A stretch of DNA of 61,063 nucleotides, the filler included, from Sphacelaria rigidula (taxonomy: Eukaryota), in NCBI GenBank assembly GCA_964200075.2. It is 8 parts of 8 records of this genome, joined end to end, with 100 filler letters (N's around TTAATTAATTAA, not from the genome) between each part and the next. Parts side by side here need not be neighbours in the genome. Positions count along the whole stretch, not along the records: positions 22,939 to 30,483 come from CAXNAA020014402.1; positions 30,584 to 38,128 come from CAXNAA020014403.1; 6 more parts are not named here. The stretch is one strand, 5' to 3'. The position numbers and the translations under genes are program-made. Position 1 is the stretch's first letter. Each line of letters starts with the position of its first letter. This document shows positions 24,883 to 36,689 of the stretch, one piece after another. The notes beneath the pieces are model-generated. The model was given only the letters and a program-made list of their open reading frames with translations, was not told the origin of the DNA and did no database searches.

Positions 24883-25855
24883 CGCGGCGGCAAATATGTT
24901 TTTGGTGAAAGGCCGTTTGCGGAATCTAGAAGCTTAGCGAATGGGGAAAAGAGTAGACTCCTCTCAGTGACGGGGTATAGAGTGTCCGAGACATGCGACC
25001 GCGATGTTTCCCGGTGGCAAGGCCAAAATTAGTGTCGTATGTCTCAAATCTCAATTTCCCGATCGAAAACTCTCCTATTTATGTAGGAAGCGACCTGAGG
25101 ATGAAAACATGTGTATTTATGTGAATATCGCATTATCTGGCGCGGCAACGTGGGTATATGTTGGGTCGTCAACGGTACCTTCGGAGGACGGTAGACGATG
25201 TGTAAGGTGAATGATAGTACACGCGTTGCAGGAGAGCGCGAGCTCCATGCGATCGCGTTTTGAAGGGCCGAGATGAAAAATGGCCTTCGAGTTGAGGCAG
25301 TGAGTGCATCTCATGTGCCAGTTCGCAGGACGTGATCCATCGCCAGTTTGTACCCTGTGATGAGCAGAATTGCGTCGGGGATCGTGAAGGACGTTGCTAT
25401 TGTCCAAGTCGTACGCTCAGCTTAAACTTGACTCCTTCGTGATTCCTTTTCAATTCATCGTACATGAAGAAGATGAAGAAGCGAGCGACCGGACCCTGAA
25501 ACAAAGCACAGTATGGACGAGAAATAGAACAACAAAAAAAACACCGCGAGGCTTGCACGGCATGGAAGAGTGTTGAATAATCGATGGAAAAAGGCAGACA
25601 TATGACCCGCCTCGGTTCCTCGCAGGCTATCGCTACGAGTATTGTTGAGGGTGTGCTGGCGGTGGGCGGCTCTCCTATTGGCGGCGCCCAACGCAACAAC
25701 CCGTTTGTTCATGGCGTAGTTAGATCGTACTCTCCAATATAACAAATGAAGCTGCTTTGCTGTGTTTCTCTGCTCTGTGTGCGCTCGGGTGGTGTCTTTT
25801 CAGGAGAACAACACAGCAGGATATAAACCTCGCCAGCAGAAGCACCACCACCACC

Positions 25856-27232
25856 ATGCCATCTCTAGGCGACGCGTGGAAGAAATCCCGCACCAGAAGC
25901 CGGATGTCAACTCCAGCCACCACCGTGGCACAGCGGTCGCCACGCGGTGCTCCCTCCCCGGACATCACAAGCTCCGCCGCCGCGACCGCCGGTAGTGATC
26001 ACGACAGCGGCGACTACTCCTTGTCTTCGTTCTCCGATTCATTTTCATCCGGCGTCTCGTCCTCCCCTTCCCCTTCTATCATCCCGCCATGTACCGTAGT
26101 GCCGACGGATGAGCGACGTCGTCACTTCCCGGCCACCACCGCCGCCACCGTGGCTGCCCCCACCACCTCCGCCGAAACGACAGCACCGTATCGTGGAGAA
26201 AGCCCGGGGTCACCACCAGCAGTAGTAGCACGCAACGGGAACGACACGGTGGGCAGAAGAATGGTCTATCCTGCGCCGACTAGGCCTATCTCGGTTCGCG
26301 CAGCCAGCACAGGCGGGGGCGGGGGACAGACGCGGGGGCGCCCCGCGGCGGAGAATATTACCGACGGCCGACATCGCGAAGAAAGAACAACCGCTCCGTC
26401 GCTTCCACCACAAGCGCAGCGATCATCGCAACCGCCGCAGGGGCCAGGGCCTAGGCTGAATTTTCGTAGGTCGGTGAGTTCTTCCCTCTCCTCCCCATCG
26501 TCCTCTACAGCGCCCGCCTTTTTGCCGGCCGACCTCATGTACGTGTCCTCCATGTCCGTGATGATGGAAGACCTTCCACCGCCGGCACTCCCGGTGCTGC
26601 AGTCTTCCAGCGGCAGCGAGGACGAGGGGTTCGGGTCCGCCGACGAGGAAGGCGCCTTCCGCCGGCTGCAGGCCTCAGCCGCATCGCCGATCGTACCGCC
26701 GTCTCCGCGTGCCTCCACGGGCGGCGGTGACCGCGGCGCCAGCACCTATGACCGAGTCCTGAAGGCAACGGCGGCGGCTGCAGCGGCGGCGGGGTGGCGG
26801 CGGGATAGGGAAAATGAGCTGCGCCCGCCGCAGCCATCAGCTGCCGCTGGGTCGAGCAACCGTTACGTAAATCTGAAGGTGGCAGCACCGCCGCCTTCGA
26901 CTGCACCACCGCCGCCACCTCCTCCCGTACCGGAGCCGCGGTTCTTCAAGGGGGGGCAGCCGGCAGGGGGTAGTGGATCATCCGCGGGCGGTGACGGCAC
27001 CGCCGCGGGTTCCGCGGGAGGTGTTGGTATTGGAGGGATTTCGAGCGGCGGCGGAGGCAGCGGCGGAGGCAGCAGGGGTCGTGTCTGGGGGCAGAAGGAT
27101 AGAGGGAGGGGTTTGGCCGGGGCAGGAGGGGGAGGACGGCCCGGGCAGTTGCAAAGGAGTTTGAGCACCAGCAGCCGGGGAAGCAGCGTTGGAACGCGAT
27201 ATTTTCGGGACCCCCGGTTAGAGACAACGTTG
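25856..27232 (+). CDS. Long first exon (459 codons) of a Ser/Pro/Gly/Ala-rich, probably disordered protein
   Basis: ccaccATG context, 1.4-kb GC-rich open frame, phase-0 donor ttg|gtgagt. Confidence 0.8.
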
Positions 27233-28639
27233 GTGAGTGCTCGTCCTCCGAGGGTTCATTTTTGGGGGGGTTTTGTGTTACAGTACGTGACGGAGCGATA
27301 AGAAGGGAGATAAAAAGTACAGCTAGGGAATGGGTTTCTTACCGCCATCATGCTCCACCGCCATATTGTTTTCCGCCTCCAATTTACTTGTTCGTGATGT
27401 TTTCAGTGCAATATTATGGTAGATCAGATCGCGGCATTTAGCTAGGCGAGACTGGCCGTTGACACGAGCTCAACCCTTGGACCGCCAGGGTGGGTTTTTT
27501 GTTGCACGAGCATCCCTTCATTCGAAGGGTGATGGTAGGCCCAGGTGATTTTCGGAATGACCGGTACAACTGAGGTCGGTTACGACGGAAGGTTCAGCGT
27601 CCGAATCCGACAGATCCGTCTATTTTCTCGATAATAATTTGGTTTCCATGGTTGAAACGTGAGGACGTGACCAGCAAAGGAACTTCATTTGACGGGAGTC
27701 CTCATGGTGCAGTAGTGCCGACCCGATCCGCGATTCAGATTCCTCGAATTTGGACTCGTCCCGAGGACGGGGAGGAGTCGAAAATATGGGGGGACATATG
27801 AAAGATAAGAGCACGTGCTGTGTAGAGGCTATCGCGAACGGAGCTGCGTTGTCTCCTACCTGTCATGCTCGCCCTTTATTATAGATTGCTCTGCTTTGCA
27901 CCGCGCTTCCAGTTTTATTTTCCCTTTCCCTTTGTTATGACGGAAAAGGGGCATAATGAGAAATCGTGCGCCGTTCTAATCTTGCAAGCTAGGGTGAGAA
28001 ACAAGTGATACCGGGACGGTAAAACAGCACGCGAACAGACCAGCGACGACTTCAAGGAGGGCGGCAGTCACGCGCAAGGGGGTATGGGTATTGTCGCAGG
28101 TCGAAACGCGGCGCACCTTTCGCACGAGGAGAAGACGCAATTCAGGGGGAAACAATTGTACTTGTACTGAAAATGCTATGTAAGGCAGCGTCCAGTACGA
28201 GGGGAAACAATTGATACGTATTGCACTCGTACTGAGAATGCCATGTGGGTAACAGCACGCGAACGGATCACTGTCGATTTATACACAAAAGATCTAGAGA
28301 ATTGAGTTTCACATTTTCCTGGCGTCGCGTCAGCTGCGAGAACCCCCCCCCCTCTCCCCAGAGAGCAAAACACCTCAATTTTTACGTTTGGGATTGTTGC
28401 GGCTCAGTATCACGCTCAAATGAAGAAGTGAAATGGGTTCACCTAGCTTAGGTGTGTGGGAAGCGCACGCAAGAAACCGCAGTCCAATCCTCTGCTGCGT
28501 CACCGAGTTCTACGCGTTGCGCTAGCGGCACTTTTGGGTTGAGGATTAGTAGCGCTATTATAAGAATTCAAGGAGATCGTGGATACGCATGCAGTACAGT
28601 ACAGCCAGTGGGTATATTCTTTGGGTGTATAACTGTGTG

Positions 28640-28703
28640 TGTATGTATGTATGTATGTATGTATGTATGTATGTATGTATGTATGTATGTATGTATGTAT
28701 GTG
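28640..28703. repeat. (ATGT)n microsatellite
   Basis: Direct reading. Confidence 0.95.
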
Positions 28704-28705
28704 TG

Positions 28706-28909
28706 CAAGGGCAGGTCGAGTAGAGTATACTCAATTGTGGGGTATTTTGAAAGTCGAGCTTGAAGTACACGAATTGGGGGTAGGGTTTTAAGGATCGCTC
28801 CTCAGTTATATTTGGGTACGACTCCTGACACTCTACCCTAATTTGAATACCTCAAGTACATCTTTCAAAATGCCCCGCAATTGAGTTTACCCTACTTGAC
28901 CTGCCCTTG
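28706..28909. mobile_element. Short hAT-type MITE with the same TIR as 12568-13393
   Basis: caagggcaggtcgagtagagtatactcaattg ... caattgagtttaccctacttgacctgcccttg. Confidence 0.85.
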
Positions 28910-29449
28910 TATGCACGTATGTTATGTAGAGGTCCAACATGGCAAATTAAAAGAAAACGTGCGCATGTTTTTTTTCATGCCGCAAGCAAGTTGTCACGAC
29001 ATGCAGCTTAGCTGCGTACCGCCAGGCGCTGCTGCTTATAGTTCTGTACGGCTGTGCACAAAAGGTAATTCCGCCTTTCAACAGCGAGTATCCCTCCAAG
29101 TGTCGAATTTCAGAGGGGGAGTTCACAGAAAAAAAGAGAAAGCTAGTGGCTGCTTCGTGCCAGGGCTCCAGTGCAGAACAGCGAAGGCGTCTATTATGGA
29201 GCGGTTGTAGTATGTACACTGCCTTACATCTGCTGGCGACACGTTTTCAGTTGTCGTTGACACGCACGTGACCGCCATTCGTCCAATACAGAACGGATTT
29301 CCGTCAAACAAAGACTGCCGTGTGTAGATTAGCAAGGGCTAGCAGTAATACGAATGCGCTTGAGTGGTGGATGTCTGTCCGTGTTTTCTCGGGGATGGGT
29401 GTGTAGGTGTTGTGTTGCGCTGTTGCGTGATGTCTGCATCAATACACAG

Positions 29450-29543
29450 ACCTTGGACCTGCTTGGACTAACGACCACTTCCAGATCCGCCGTATTTCTC
29501 AACCTGCGCGCAGATCTGGGTTTGTGCCGCAACTTGGATAGCC
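29450..29543 (+). CDS. Possible downstream exon of the 25856 gene
   Basis: cag|TLDLLGLTTTSRSAVFLNLRADLGLCRNLDS(L)|gtacgt, open in phase 0; connection unproven. Confidence 0.35.
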
Positions 29544-30583
29544 TGTACGTGGGCACAAACAACGTACTTTTTACATGTGACCTGTCTTTGCCGCCTGCCT
29601 GACCCCTCTGTTGCCAACATAGCTTCACACTGTAGTGTTGTTGTGGAACATCAAGCAGAGACACAAGTAGCGTGCAGTAGACTGTGTTCAGTGCAGAACG
29701 ATGCACGCTCACTGCTTCTAAGAAAAATTGAGGTAGCTGGTGCAGTATCAGCAGCATCTTTCGTGCCAGTAGATGTACGCGGCTGGGGGTGGGTCTGAAT
29801 CAGCCTGTGCCGACACTGCTGCTGCTGCTGCTACCTTTTTTCCTCGTGGGAGAGACGGTCCGTGTTTCGATCGCGCTACAACGCCCACGCACCTCGCGCA
29901 AATGCAACCTACATACGTACACTAGATTCAAGTATGTGGGAGGGGTCACGTTTTGGGCAGTTTTTTCAAAAGTTCTGGTTGGTTCTGAAGATATATCCGG
30001 AAAAAAACGAAACAATTTTCTGGCACAGAAACCCAATACCGAATCTGAAATGGCCTGAGACAACAACCAATTTGAAAATTGGAACCATGTGTTGTAGCGT
30101 GTTCAGTCATCAAAAGCACAGATATGTGGCGATTCAACGAACGATGTCATGCTGGTGCCTAAAAAAACACAGCTCTTGAAACACCCGTACTACATTTAGC
30201 TACACCCGGATGTATCAAAGTGACTTTTGTGCACCTCAAGTGGACATGGACGTGGCAAGATCCAGGAACTCGCCGCGCATAGTGTCGTAGGACGACTCGT
30301 ATGTCTCTTTGAGCAATGCTTACACTTTGGTTGACGCTGCCCACGTGCAAATAGTAGACTTCGTCACCAGACGTTGCTACGGCATGGGCTCGGCGGCTCT
30401 CGTCCAGCGCCAACGCTCCCCCCCCCCCCCCTCACCTCTAGACTCTTGGGTTGGCGTCGAGTGGCAACGGCGCTGTAAAAACANNNNNNNNNNNNNNNNN
30501 NNNNNNNNNNNNNNNNNNNNNNNNNNNTTAATTAATTAANNNNNNNNNNNNNNNNNNNNNNNNNNNNNNNNNNNNNNNNNNNN

Positions 30584-30721
30584 TGCCGCCGCCACTGACT
30601 GGCTGCCGCCCTGGTGCATCGCGCCCTCTCCCAAGGCTGCGGCTGCCGCGTTTGCAGCAACTTCACGCAGTAGTTCCTGGGTAACCTTGCGGACACCGCT
30701 CTTCGTGCGTCGGCACCAGCG
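30584..30721 (-). CDS. Kinase C-terminal-tail exon, cut by piece boundary
   Basis: cag|RWCRRTKSGVRKVTQELLREVAANAAAAALGEGAMHQGGSQSVAAA..., phase 0 matches the previous donor. Confidence 0.6.
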
Positions 30722-31001
30722 CTGCTCCAAGGGAAGCGACGCGAAAAACGAAGAGCATGGCCGTGGAGCGATAAGCAGTTAGTAGGCGTCTGAATTTTCG
30801 ATATCATACATGGTCTGGCTCCAGTGTCGCACGGATTCAGAACACACACGCACTGCTTAGAATCTCAAAATATTGAGACGCCTTGCAGGCAGCTTGTTGT
30901 ATAGCGGCACACCCTGCCGTGGGCCACGGCGTAAAGCGGGCATGAAGAGATCCCTAACAAGCAGCAAATTCCGTGACGTTCATTGTTACGGCAGTACGCA
31001 C

Positions 31002-31080
31002 CCGGTAATATGTGCAGCGCGACACGTCGGCCGCACTCCAGCGCGCTGCCGTCTCTTGCGCCACGAGGTGCGAAACGAGC
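31002..31080 (-). CDS. Kinase exon (subdomain XI)
   Basis: cag|g LVSHLVAQETAARWSAADVSRCTYYR|gtgcgt; fits the L..lL.....R.sa.. pattern with the invariant Arg. Confidence 0.7.
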
Positions 31081-31249
31081 CTGTACAGAGCTGTCGAAGG
31101 AACAAAGCGACCGGGTGTGGGGGGCAACGGGCAGCCGAGGAGCGCATGTTGGGAGCGGGGCACCACAGAAGTCCACATGTGGAAGCGAATATTTTCGATT
31201 GAAAGCCATCCCTTGAGGTGTCTCGGTCACCAAGACTTATCTCAGTACA

Positions 31250-31600
31250 CGTATTATGATTATTATTATTGTTATTATTATTATTATTTCTTCCGCACAT
31301 TAGTCCGATCTCGAGAACCCGTGGTCACAAACTTAGGCTCGCCTTTCCAATACCGTCCTTGCTATTCCTTACCAGACACATTACCAAAAACAAAAATAAA
31401 TAAGAAGAGAGGCGCCACGAGAAGTAGCTCCCCCGGGTTCAACGGGGAGAGAAAAGAAAGAAAGAAAAATAAACAAACGAACAAACAAACAAACGAACAA
31501 GCGAACAAACGCCAGATTTGTCAAAAGTGTACACCGAAAGAAAGGAAGAGAGAAGATAATAAAGGACAAAAATGTATAAATCCAAAAAATAGGAATCGAG
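31250..31600 (-). mobile_element. Retroposon 3' end with (AAT)n tail, in a kinase intron
   Basis: TGTGACCACGGGTTCTCGAGATCGGACTAATGTG + (AAT)n on the minus strand. Confidence 0.7.
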
Positions 31601-31847
31601 AGATATCAGCACTCGACACGACTCTCCGCCATCATATACATATATTTCGACAGTCAACTTTGAACAACGTACAGGCTAACCGGTTGTCGGGGTTCTAAAA
31701 GTACACAGCCCCAGGTTCTGGTTAGTCGATACTCTGCTCGATGAACCGCTTCCATCGTTGTAGCGAACAATACCATGGTGGGTTTTGTTTTATTCCTAGA
31801 TGTTCGTAGTGTTACGACCGAACAAACGTATGTTCGAGCCAAATATG

Positions 31848-32395
31848 CCCGCCCCCCAAACCGGACTCCATTTCAACGGTTGGCGTCGGTTGGCGTTGAC
31901 GCTGGAAAACACGTCGCTCACTGCGTAAGTTGGGCAACCAGGTTACAGATCTTTTTCTCGCTCACGTTTTTTCGCGGTAGCCATAATGGTAGTCGAGCTA
32001 GATGAACCTTGTGTGTGGGGTGAAGAACCTCAACTCCGCGCAAGGGGCATGGTCCTACTACGTGAGGCCTAAATGGTGAGATACTCATGAGGCAGCGTGG
32101 AACCAACCGGTGGCCGTCTCTGGAAGTAGCGATACCAGAAAATCAAGCAACTCATTGGAGGCTGTCATCCATGTGCAAGATAACCAGTACGCTTCAAGCG
32201 GAACAATCTCAGCAGGATGCAGCTCACCCTTACTGCGACTTGCCGAACACATCATAGCGCTTTGAGTTTTGTGTTGATTACGAGCCTGATCCGGCGAAAA
32301 CCCGGCGTGCTCTACCCCGGCATTGCGGGGATGTGACGTCAACGTCGTATGACTACGGCATGCAATACCATGAGTACCCCTGCCCCCGCCCTCCT
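31848..32395. mobile_element. Family M1 copy in a kinase intron
   Basis: Colinear with 9117-9660; ends CATGAGTACCCC. Confidence 0.8.
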
Positions 32396-32856
32396 CCTAC
32401 CCATAATTTTATTCCGTGTTACTCGACAACAAGACATCGAGAAATGCTCCCCGTGAAGAACGACCTGGCTCATTTACTCGTGCCTACCGAGTCTCGCACT
32501 TTCGATGGAAAATGACAAAACGCCTGTGAAAAAGAAGCGAAATACGTAAATGTAATTTTCAAACAATAACTATTAATTCATTGACGTCGAGAAATCGAGA
32601 CAGGGAATGGACAAGTCCGTTTGTGAATGCCATTGATATTCCGTTGGGAAATCCAGGACGCAAGCAGCGCCATAGTTTGCGTCGGGAGACAGACTCCACA
32701 CAAGCGAATATCTTCGACTGAAAAATGTGAGAACCTATTGATGAACTACTCCTACACTTGTCCACTCAGAGTGTTTGGTGTACCGATAGCCTTCTGATCA
32801 CCTCTCGAAGAAGATCGGATGACGTGGTACGTTCGGAGCACGCGTGCGCGACTCAC

Positions 32857-33043
32857 CCTTGTCTGTCCTGCTCAGGCGTCTCGGCCTCTTCTGGAGACCG
32901 GTCAAGTGGTGGATCCTCCACCCTTTGAAGTCGGCGATCATCACCCCCAAAGCGTACGCGTCCGTCTTCCAGCCATCTTTGCCGAACGAGGCAAACTGGT
33001 CCCCCGAAAATGCCCTGCTCCTCCTCGCGGTGTTCATCAGATA
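32857..33043 (-). CDS. Kinase exon (subdomain IX), apparent frameshift
   Basis: tag|YLMNTARRSRAFSGDQFASFGKDGWKTDAYALGVMIADFKG...|gtgagt; DAYALG corresponds to the DxWSLG motif. Confidence 0.75.
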
Positions 33044-33452
33044 CTACCCAGGTCACAACGAAAAAGCAGATAGGGCCGAACGGCGTAAGCAATCTATGGA
33101 ACAATCCGTCATCACTTTCAACACCGCGACGAGGACATGGTAAGCACGTCGGCCTCCTTCCCCATGAGGTGAGTACATGACGCAAAAAGAGTACAAAATC
33201 AAAGTCGTGGGTTTCGTGTTTTGACAGCTGTTCCTTCCAGCAGAGCCGTGCAGGCCACCAACAAACAACAAGACTTGACTAAAAACTTGGCGCGGAATCT
33301 GTGATGGAACCAAAGTTCTGTATTACACACATGCGGCACAACGGCTTTACTGTTGGCAGTATTCCTAGTACAAGGCCTAACAACAGCATGCAATCAGACA
33401 CGGCGCTCTTTTGCACTCCGCAAACACCACACTTCATGCAGTACGTACTCAC

Positions 33453-33512
33453 CACCAGCGGATCAACTGTGCCCTTCGTGATCCGCTCGGGGATCGGGAA
33501 TGTGCCGTTGTC
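33453..33512 (-). CDS. Kinase exon (activation segment)
   Basis: tag|DNGTFPIPERITKGTVDPLV|gtgagt; 60 nt, phase 0, GT of the P+1 loop. Confidence 0.7.
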
Positions 33513-33868
33513 CTAGCAACAGATCATGCAAAGACAAACAGACGCAGGGATCGCGGTGAGAAAAACGTTGTTGGCCATGGCAAGGATTTGATGGCACGAT
33601 ATGGAGAACAGGTCGGCCATCTCAGACATGTAAACATGCGTTGCATCGTGCGTATCGTGCAGTGAGAGTGCCGATATTGGGGACATGGTGGGTTGGCGCT
33701 CTGTTTTGCACAAGAAGGCGATGAAGCCGCTACCGTGTCGTGCTAAGGCACTGGTTTTGCACACAGCGTGACTCCTCTGCGGTTGGTTTTCACTTCACTC
33801 GAAGGGACTGTATTGGACGGATACTGGCCGCACTCGCGATCTTCAGCGAAGGCACCAAGTGGACTCAC

Positions 33869-34024
33869 ATCCTTGAACGCCGCATTCCCGAAGTCAATGA
33901 GGGTGGCCAGTATCTTGGGGGTGCCATCGGCTGTGGCGCTCTTCGTGTAAACGATGTTGTGCTCTGCAACATCGCCGTGGGTGACATCCGTGCTGACGTG
34001 GATATGCATCAGAGTGTTCAGGAC
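33869..34024 (-). CDS. Kinase exon with catalytic loop and DFG
   Basis: cag|VLNTLMHIHVSTDVTHGDVAEHNIVYTKSATADGTPKILATLIDFGNAAFKD|gtgagt. Confidence 0.85.
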
Positions 34025-34306
34025 CTGCCGCGTAAGGAGGGGGGGGGGGGGATGGGCAAACAGCCCGAGTAAGCGCGTTGGCTGGCAGGTGGGTAGGCGC
34101 CAACGCATTTTTCGCCAGTCGGCAGAAAACTCCTCCAAGCTAAGGCTGAGGTGTACTCATGCAGCATGGAAACTAACATCGATACTTCAGGATTGTTCTC
34201 CGGCGAACGATCACAACACTGAACAGCCCGCAAGGTACGATAAAGCTCCCGGGCGGAAAACGAAAAGGCCGGATGGTATGTGGATGCCGAAAAACCAGGA
34301 ACCTGC

Positions 34307-34385
34307 CTGCATGTGGATGTCCATCACATCTTCTGACGACATATCGCCATTGAGCTCGTGCTCCTTGTACTGGCGGAACTTGTCG
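34307..34385 (-). CDS. Kinase exon (alphaD-alphaE), probable GC donor
   Basis: cag|c: (S)DKFRQYKEHELNGDMSSEDVMDIHMQ|gcaggt; phases 2 to 0 join both neighbours. Confidence 0.7.
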
Positions 34386-34810
34386 CTGACGTGCCGAAGA
34401 CCAGACGGGTACGGGGGGGGCGGGTGACATGGGTGTGAAACGATCCTGAGGAACACATCTTTTTGGCATTCGAAAATGCGTTCTCAAGCGCCATCGGTAT
34501 CTCGGGCGGAGCTAATCCCACTCCACAGCAAGCAAATCAAATCAAATTCCTGGTGCGTAGGTTAACATCCAATCTCACGGGTGCATCACCCACTACAGGC
34601 ATCTCTATTCCTGGCGCGAGCTCCCCACACTTGTATGTCTGCGGTGTCACCTCAAGAGAGTTCCTTTCACTCCAACGGCGTGACGGGGATGCTATCGGGT
34701 GAGCGGTGGCGACCATGCACGCGTCTGCGATTGTGCGCGTTACTCAAGCACACTTGAAGCAGTCGAACACTCCTACAGTACCACCAACCACACATACGAC
34801 TATATTATAC

Positions 34811-34980
34811 CTTCCACCGTTTGCGAATATGATGGCGCTGTCGCCATTGAAGTCCGTCACGTACCCCTCTACATGGACGACGCCGGGAATGTTCGCGCGC
34901 TTCATCGCTATGCTGGCGTAAACTTCTGACTCAAAGGAGTGCAGCTCCTTCTCGTTCGATTGCAGCTTGACTATTTTATC
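34811..34980 (-). CDS. Divergent protein kinase, exon with subdomains II-V
   Basis: cag|DKIVKLQSNEKELHSFESEVYASIAMKRANIPGVVHVEGYVTDFNGDSAIIFANGG ag|gtataa; beta3 Lys (IVK), alphaC Glu, and IPGVV at the HPNIV position. Confidence 0.75.
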
Positions 34981-35199
34981 CTGCCACGGCATTCAAAATG
35001 CAGCAATGTTACTGTATGAAGGGACTTCGACGTCTCGGCTCAAAAAGCAATCGGCGGGGGTCGAGCTCCAAGGGGATCGCGCTTGCACCAAATTCTGCGC
35101 CCCTGTCCCGCTCGAAGAATGGATGTTTGCCAAAGTGAGTGGTCGATGTTCTTGACAATCGCCCTTTATTTTGGCAATACATGAAAAGTCCCCACACGA

Positions 35200-35432
35200 G
35201 AATACTACTCACCAAGACATCTTTGTTTTTTCCTGCTGTATTTTCGTTTCTTTTCTCAAGTCTCCTCTGTTCATCTGTTCCACCTCTTCTATTTTCTTCT
35301 TCATCTTCTTCTTCAGTGAGTGTTTCAGTTCTGTTTTGTCTCTCGGGTACGTCTAGCATGTGACCACGGGTGGATCTCTTGGGGGTCAGCTAAAATTCGA
35401 CAGCATATCAATCGATCAATCTTCAATCAATC
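35200..35432 (+). mobile_element. Retroposon 3' end with (TCAA)n tail
   Basis: CATGTGACCACGGGTGGATC..GGGGGTCA + (TCAA)n; same family as 4788-4954. Confidence 0.65.
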
Positions 35433-35754
35433 ATGAATAAATAAATCAAGAGAAGTCCACGTCTGACTACTGACTGGTGCTGAAAGGTATTATAGCTTTT
35501 GATTAATACTCCCTTACGACGAGCTGGGCAAGCTCGAAGGATTTTTAAGCGCGTGATCGACTTTGCACGGCCCGTTTTTAGATGCTGAAATTTTGACGCA
35601 AGGTTCATATCGGCGGGGCGCAAAAGCGTATTACGGTAGCCAAGGGGGAAAAAAAACACCAGAATACTAGAGGAGGCTCAAGATTCTGAACACGATTACA
35701 AATATCATAACCCAAACAACGTATATTTATATTTTTGGCTACTGTGATACAATA

Positions 35755-36689
35755 TGTCTTGCGACACGAATTCGCTCGAATCAATTCCATCGCACTTTAT
35801 TTCGATTCCAAAAATGCGGTGAAAAATAATTTTTTCGATCTGATAGATCCACCGTATTTCTGTTCTTTGCTCGCTTCAGCAATTTTATATATTTACTTGC
35901 GCGCGGACAAGAGGGAAACTGTGTCGAAGTAAGTCTCTTCCGATCGGAAACATGCGGAGAAAGGGCACTTGACTCCTATCTTGCAGACCACCACGCCAGA
36001 TACCGCCCGTGAGCAGAACCATGCAAACACCGCAACCCTGAAGCATAAAGCACGACTTGAGCACAGCGATGAATGAACACACTCCAGTGGTTGGGTATGA
36101 TTTGTTTACTTCGTGTTGGCAAAAACTTGATCTAACATCTACTTTGATGGTACGGGGAGCCGACGGAAATTGCGTGGTAGGGTGGGCGACCGACTTACGT
36201 AAACGGTCATGGACAATGCAGGAAGTGTAAAACTGCACGTTGTTCAAGTCTTTTTCACGTCGCATTGTATGCAGAGAGTGCAGAGAGCCCTCTGCTGTGT
36301 GTACTGCACGTCGCCCGCTTCTTCTTCGCATCCTACCGTACGAAACACGCGCACACACTCAGACGCCCTGCATGCAGATAGTGAAGACAGAACAGTATTG
36401 CCTGTACTGTAGACAAGCGAACAAGTACCGCTTCACGAATTTCCCTTTCTTTTTTCGATCGAAACCTTGCAAATTCGCTTGGAGCCGACTCGCGAAAAAT
36501 GAACGAATTCGCTCAAATCAATCCCACTGCTCTTGTTTGTTTTTGATTGGAAATGTGCGGTGGAATCAGAAAATTCGGATCTGATAGGTCGTAAATGACG
36601 ACAGTTGAAATCACGACCTATCGGATCCGAGTTTCTCTTTCCCACCGCACATATTCGGTCGAAAAATGATTTGCCAAGACACGGCCTAA
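35755..36689. mobile_element. Non-autonomous DNA element (Harbinger-like), copy 2
   Basis: Colinear with 1-639 (CACTTGACTCCTATCTT..ACCACCACGCCA etc.); ends AAGACACGGCC-TAA; left end approximate. Confidence 0.7.

Noticed and set aside
26266..27227. Long antisense ORFs overlapping the 25856 exon (similarly 43177-43608 and 57200-57934)
   Set aside because: Shadow ORFs of GC-rich coding sequence.
27470..27500. Hairpin plus T-run resembling a rho-independent terminator
   Set aside because: Eukaryotic intronic context; a short hairpin like this is expected by chance.
34981..35125. In-frame SGTGAQNLV as the kinase Gly-rich loop, with TGA read-through or selenocysteine
   Set aside because: It lies ~40 codons from the beta3 Lys, is separated by a TGA, has no phase-compatible donor I could find and no SECIS evidence; the first exons remain unresolved.
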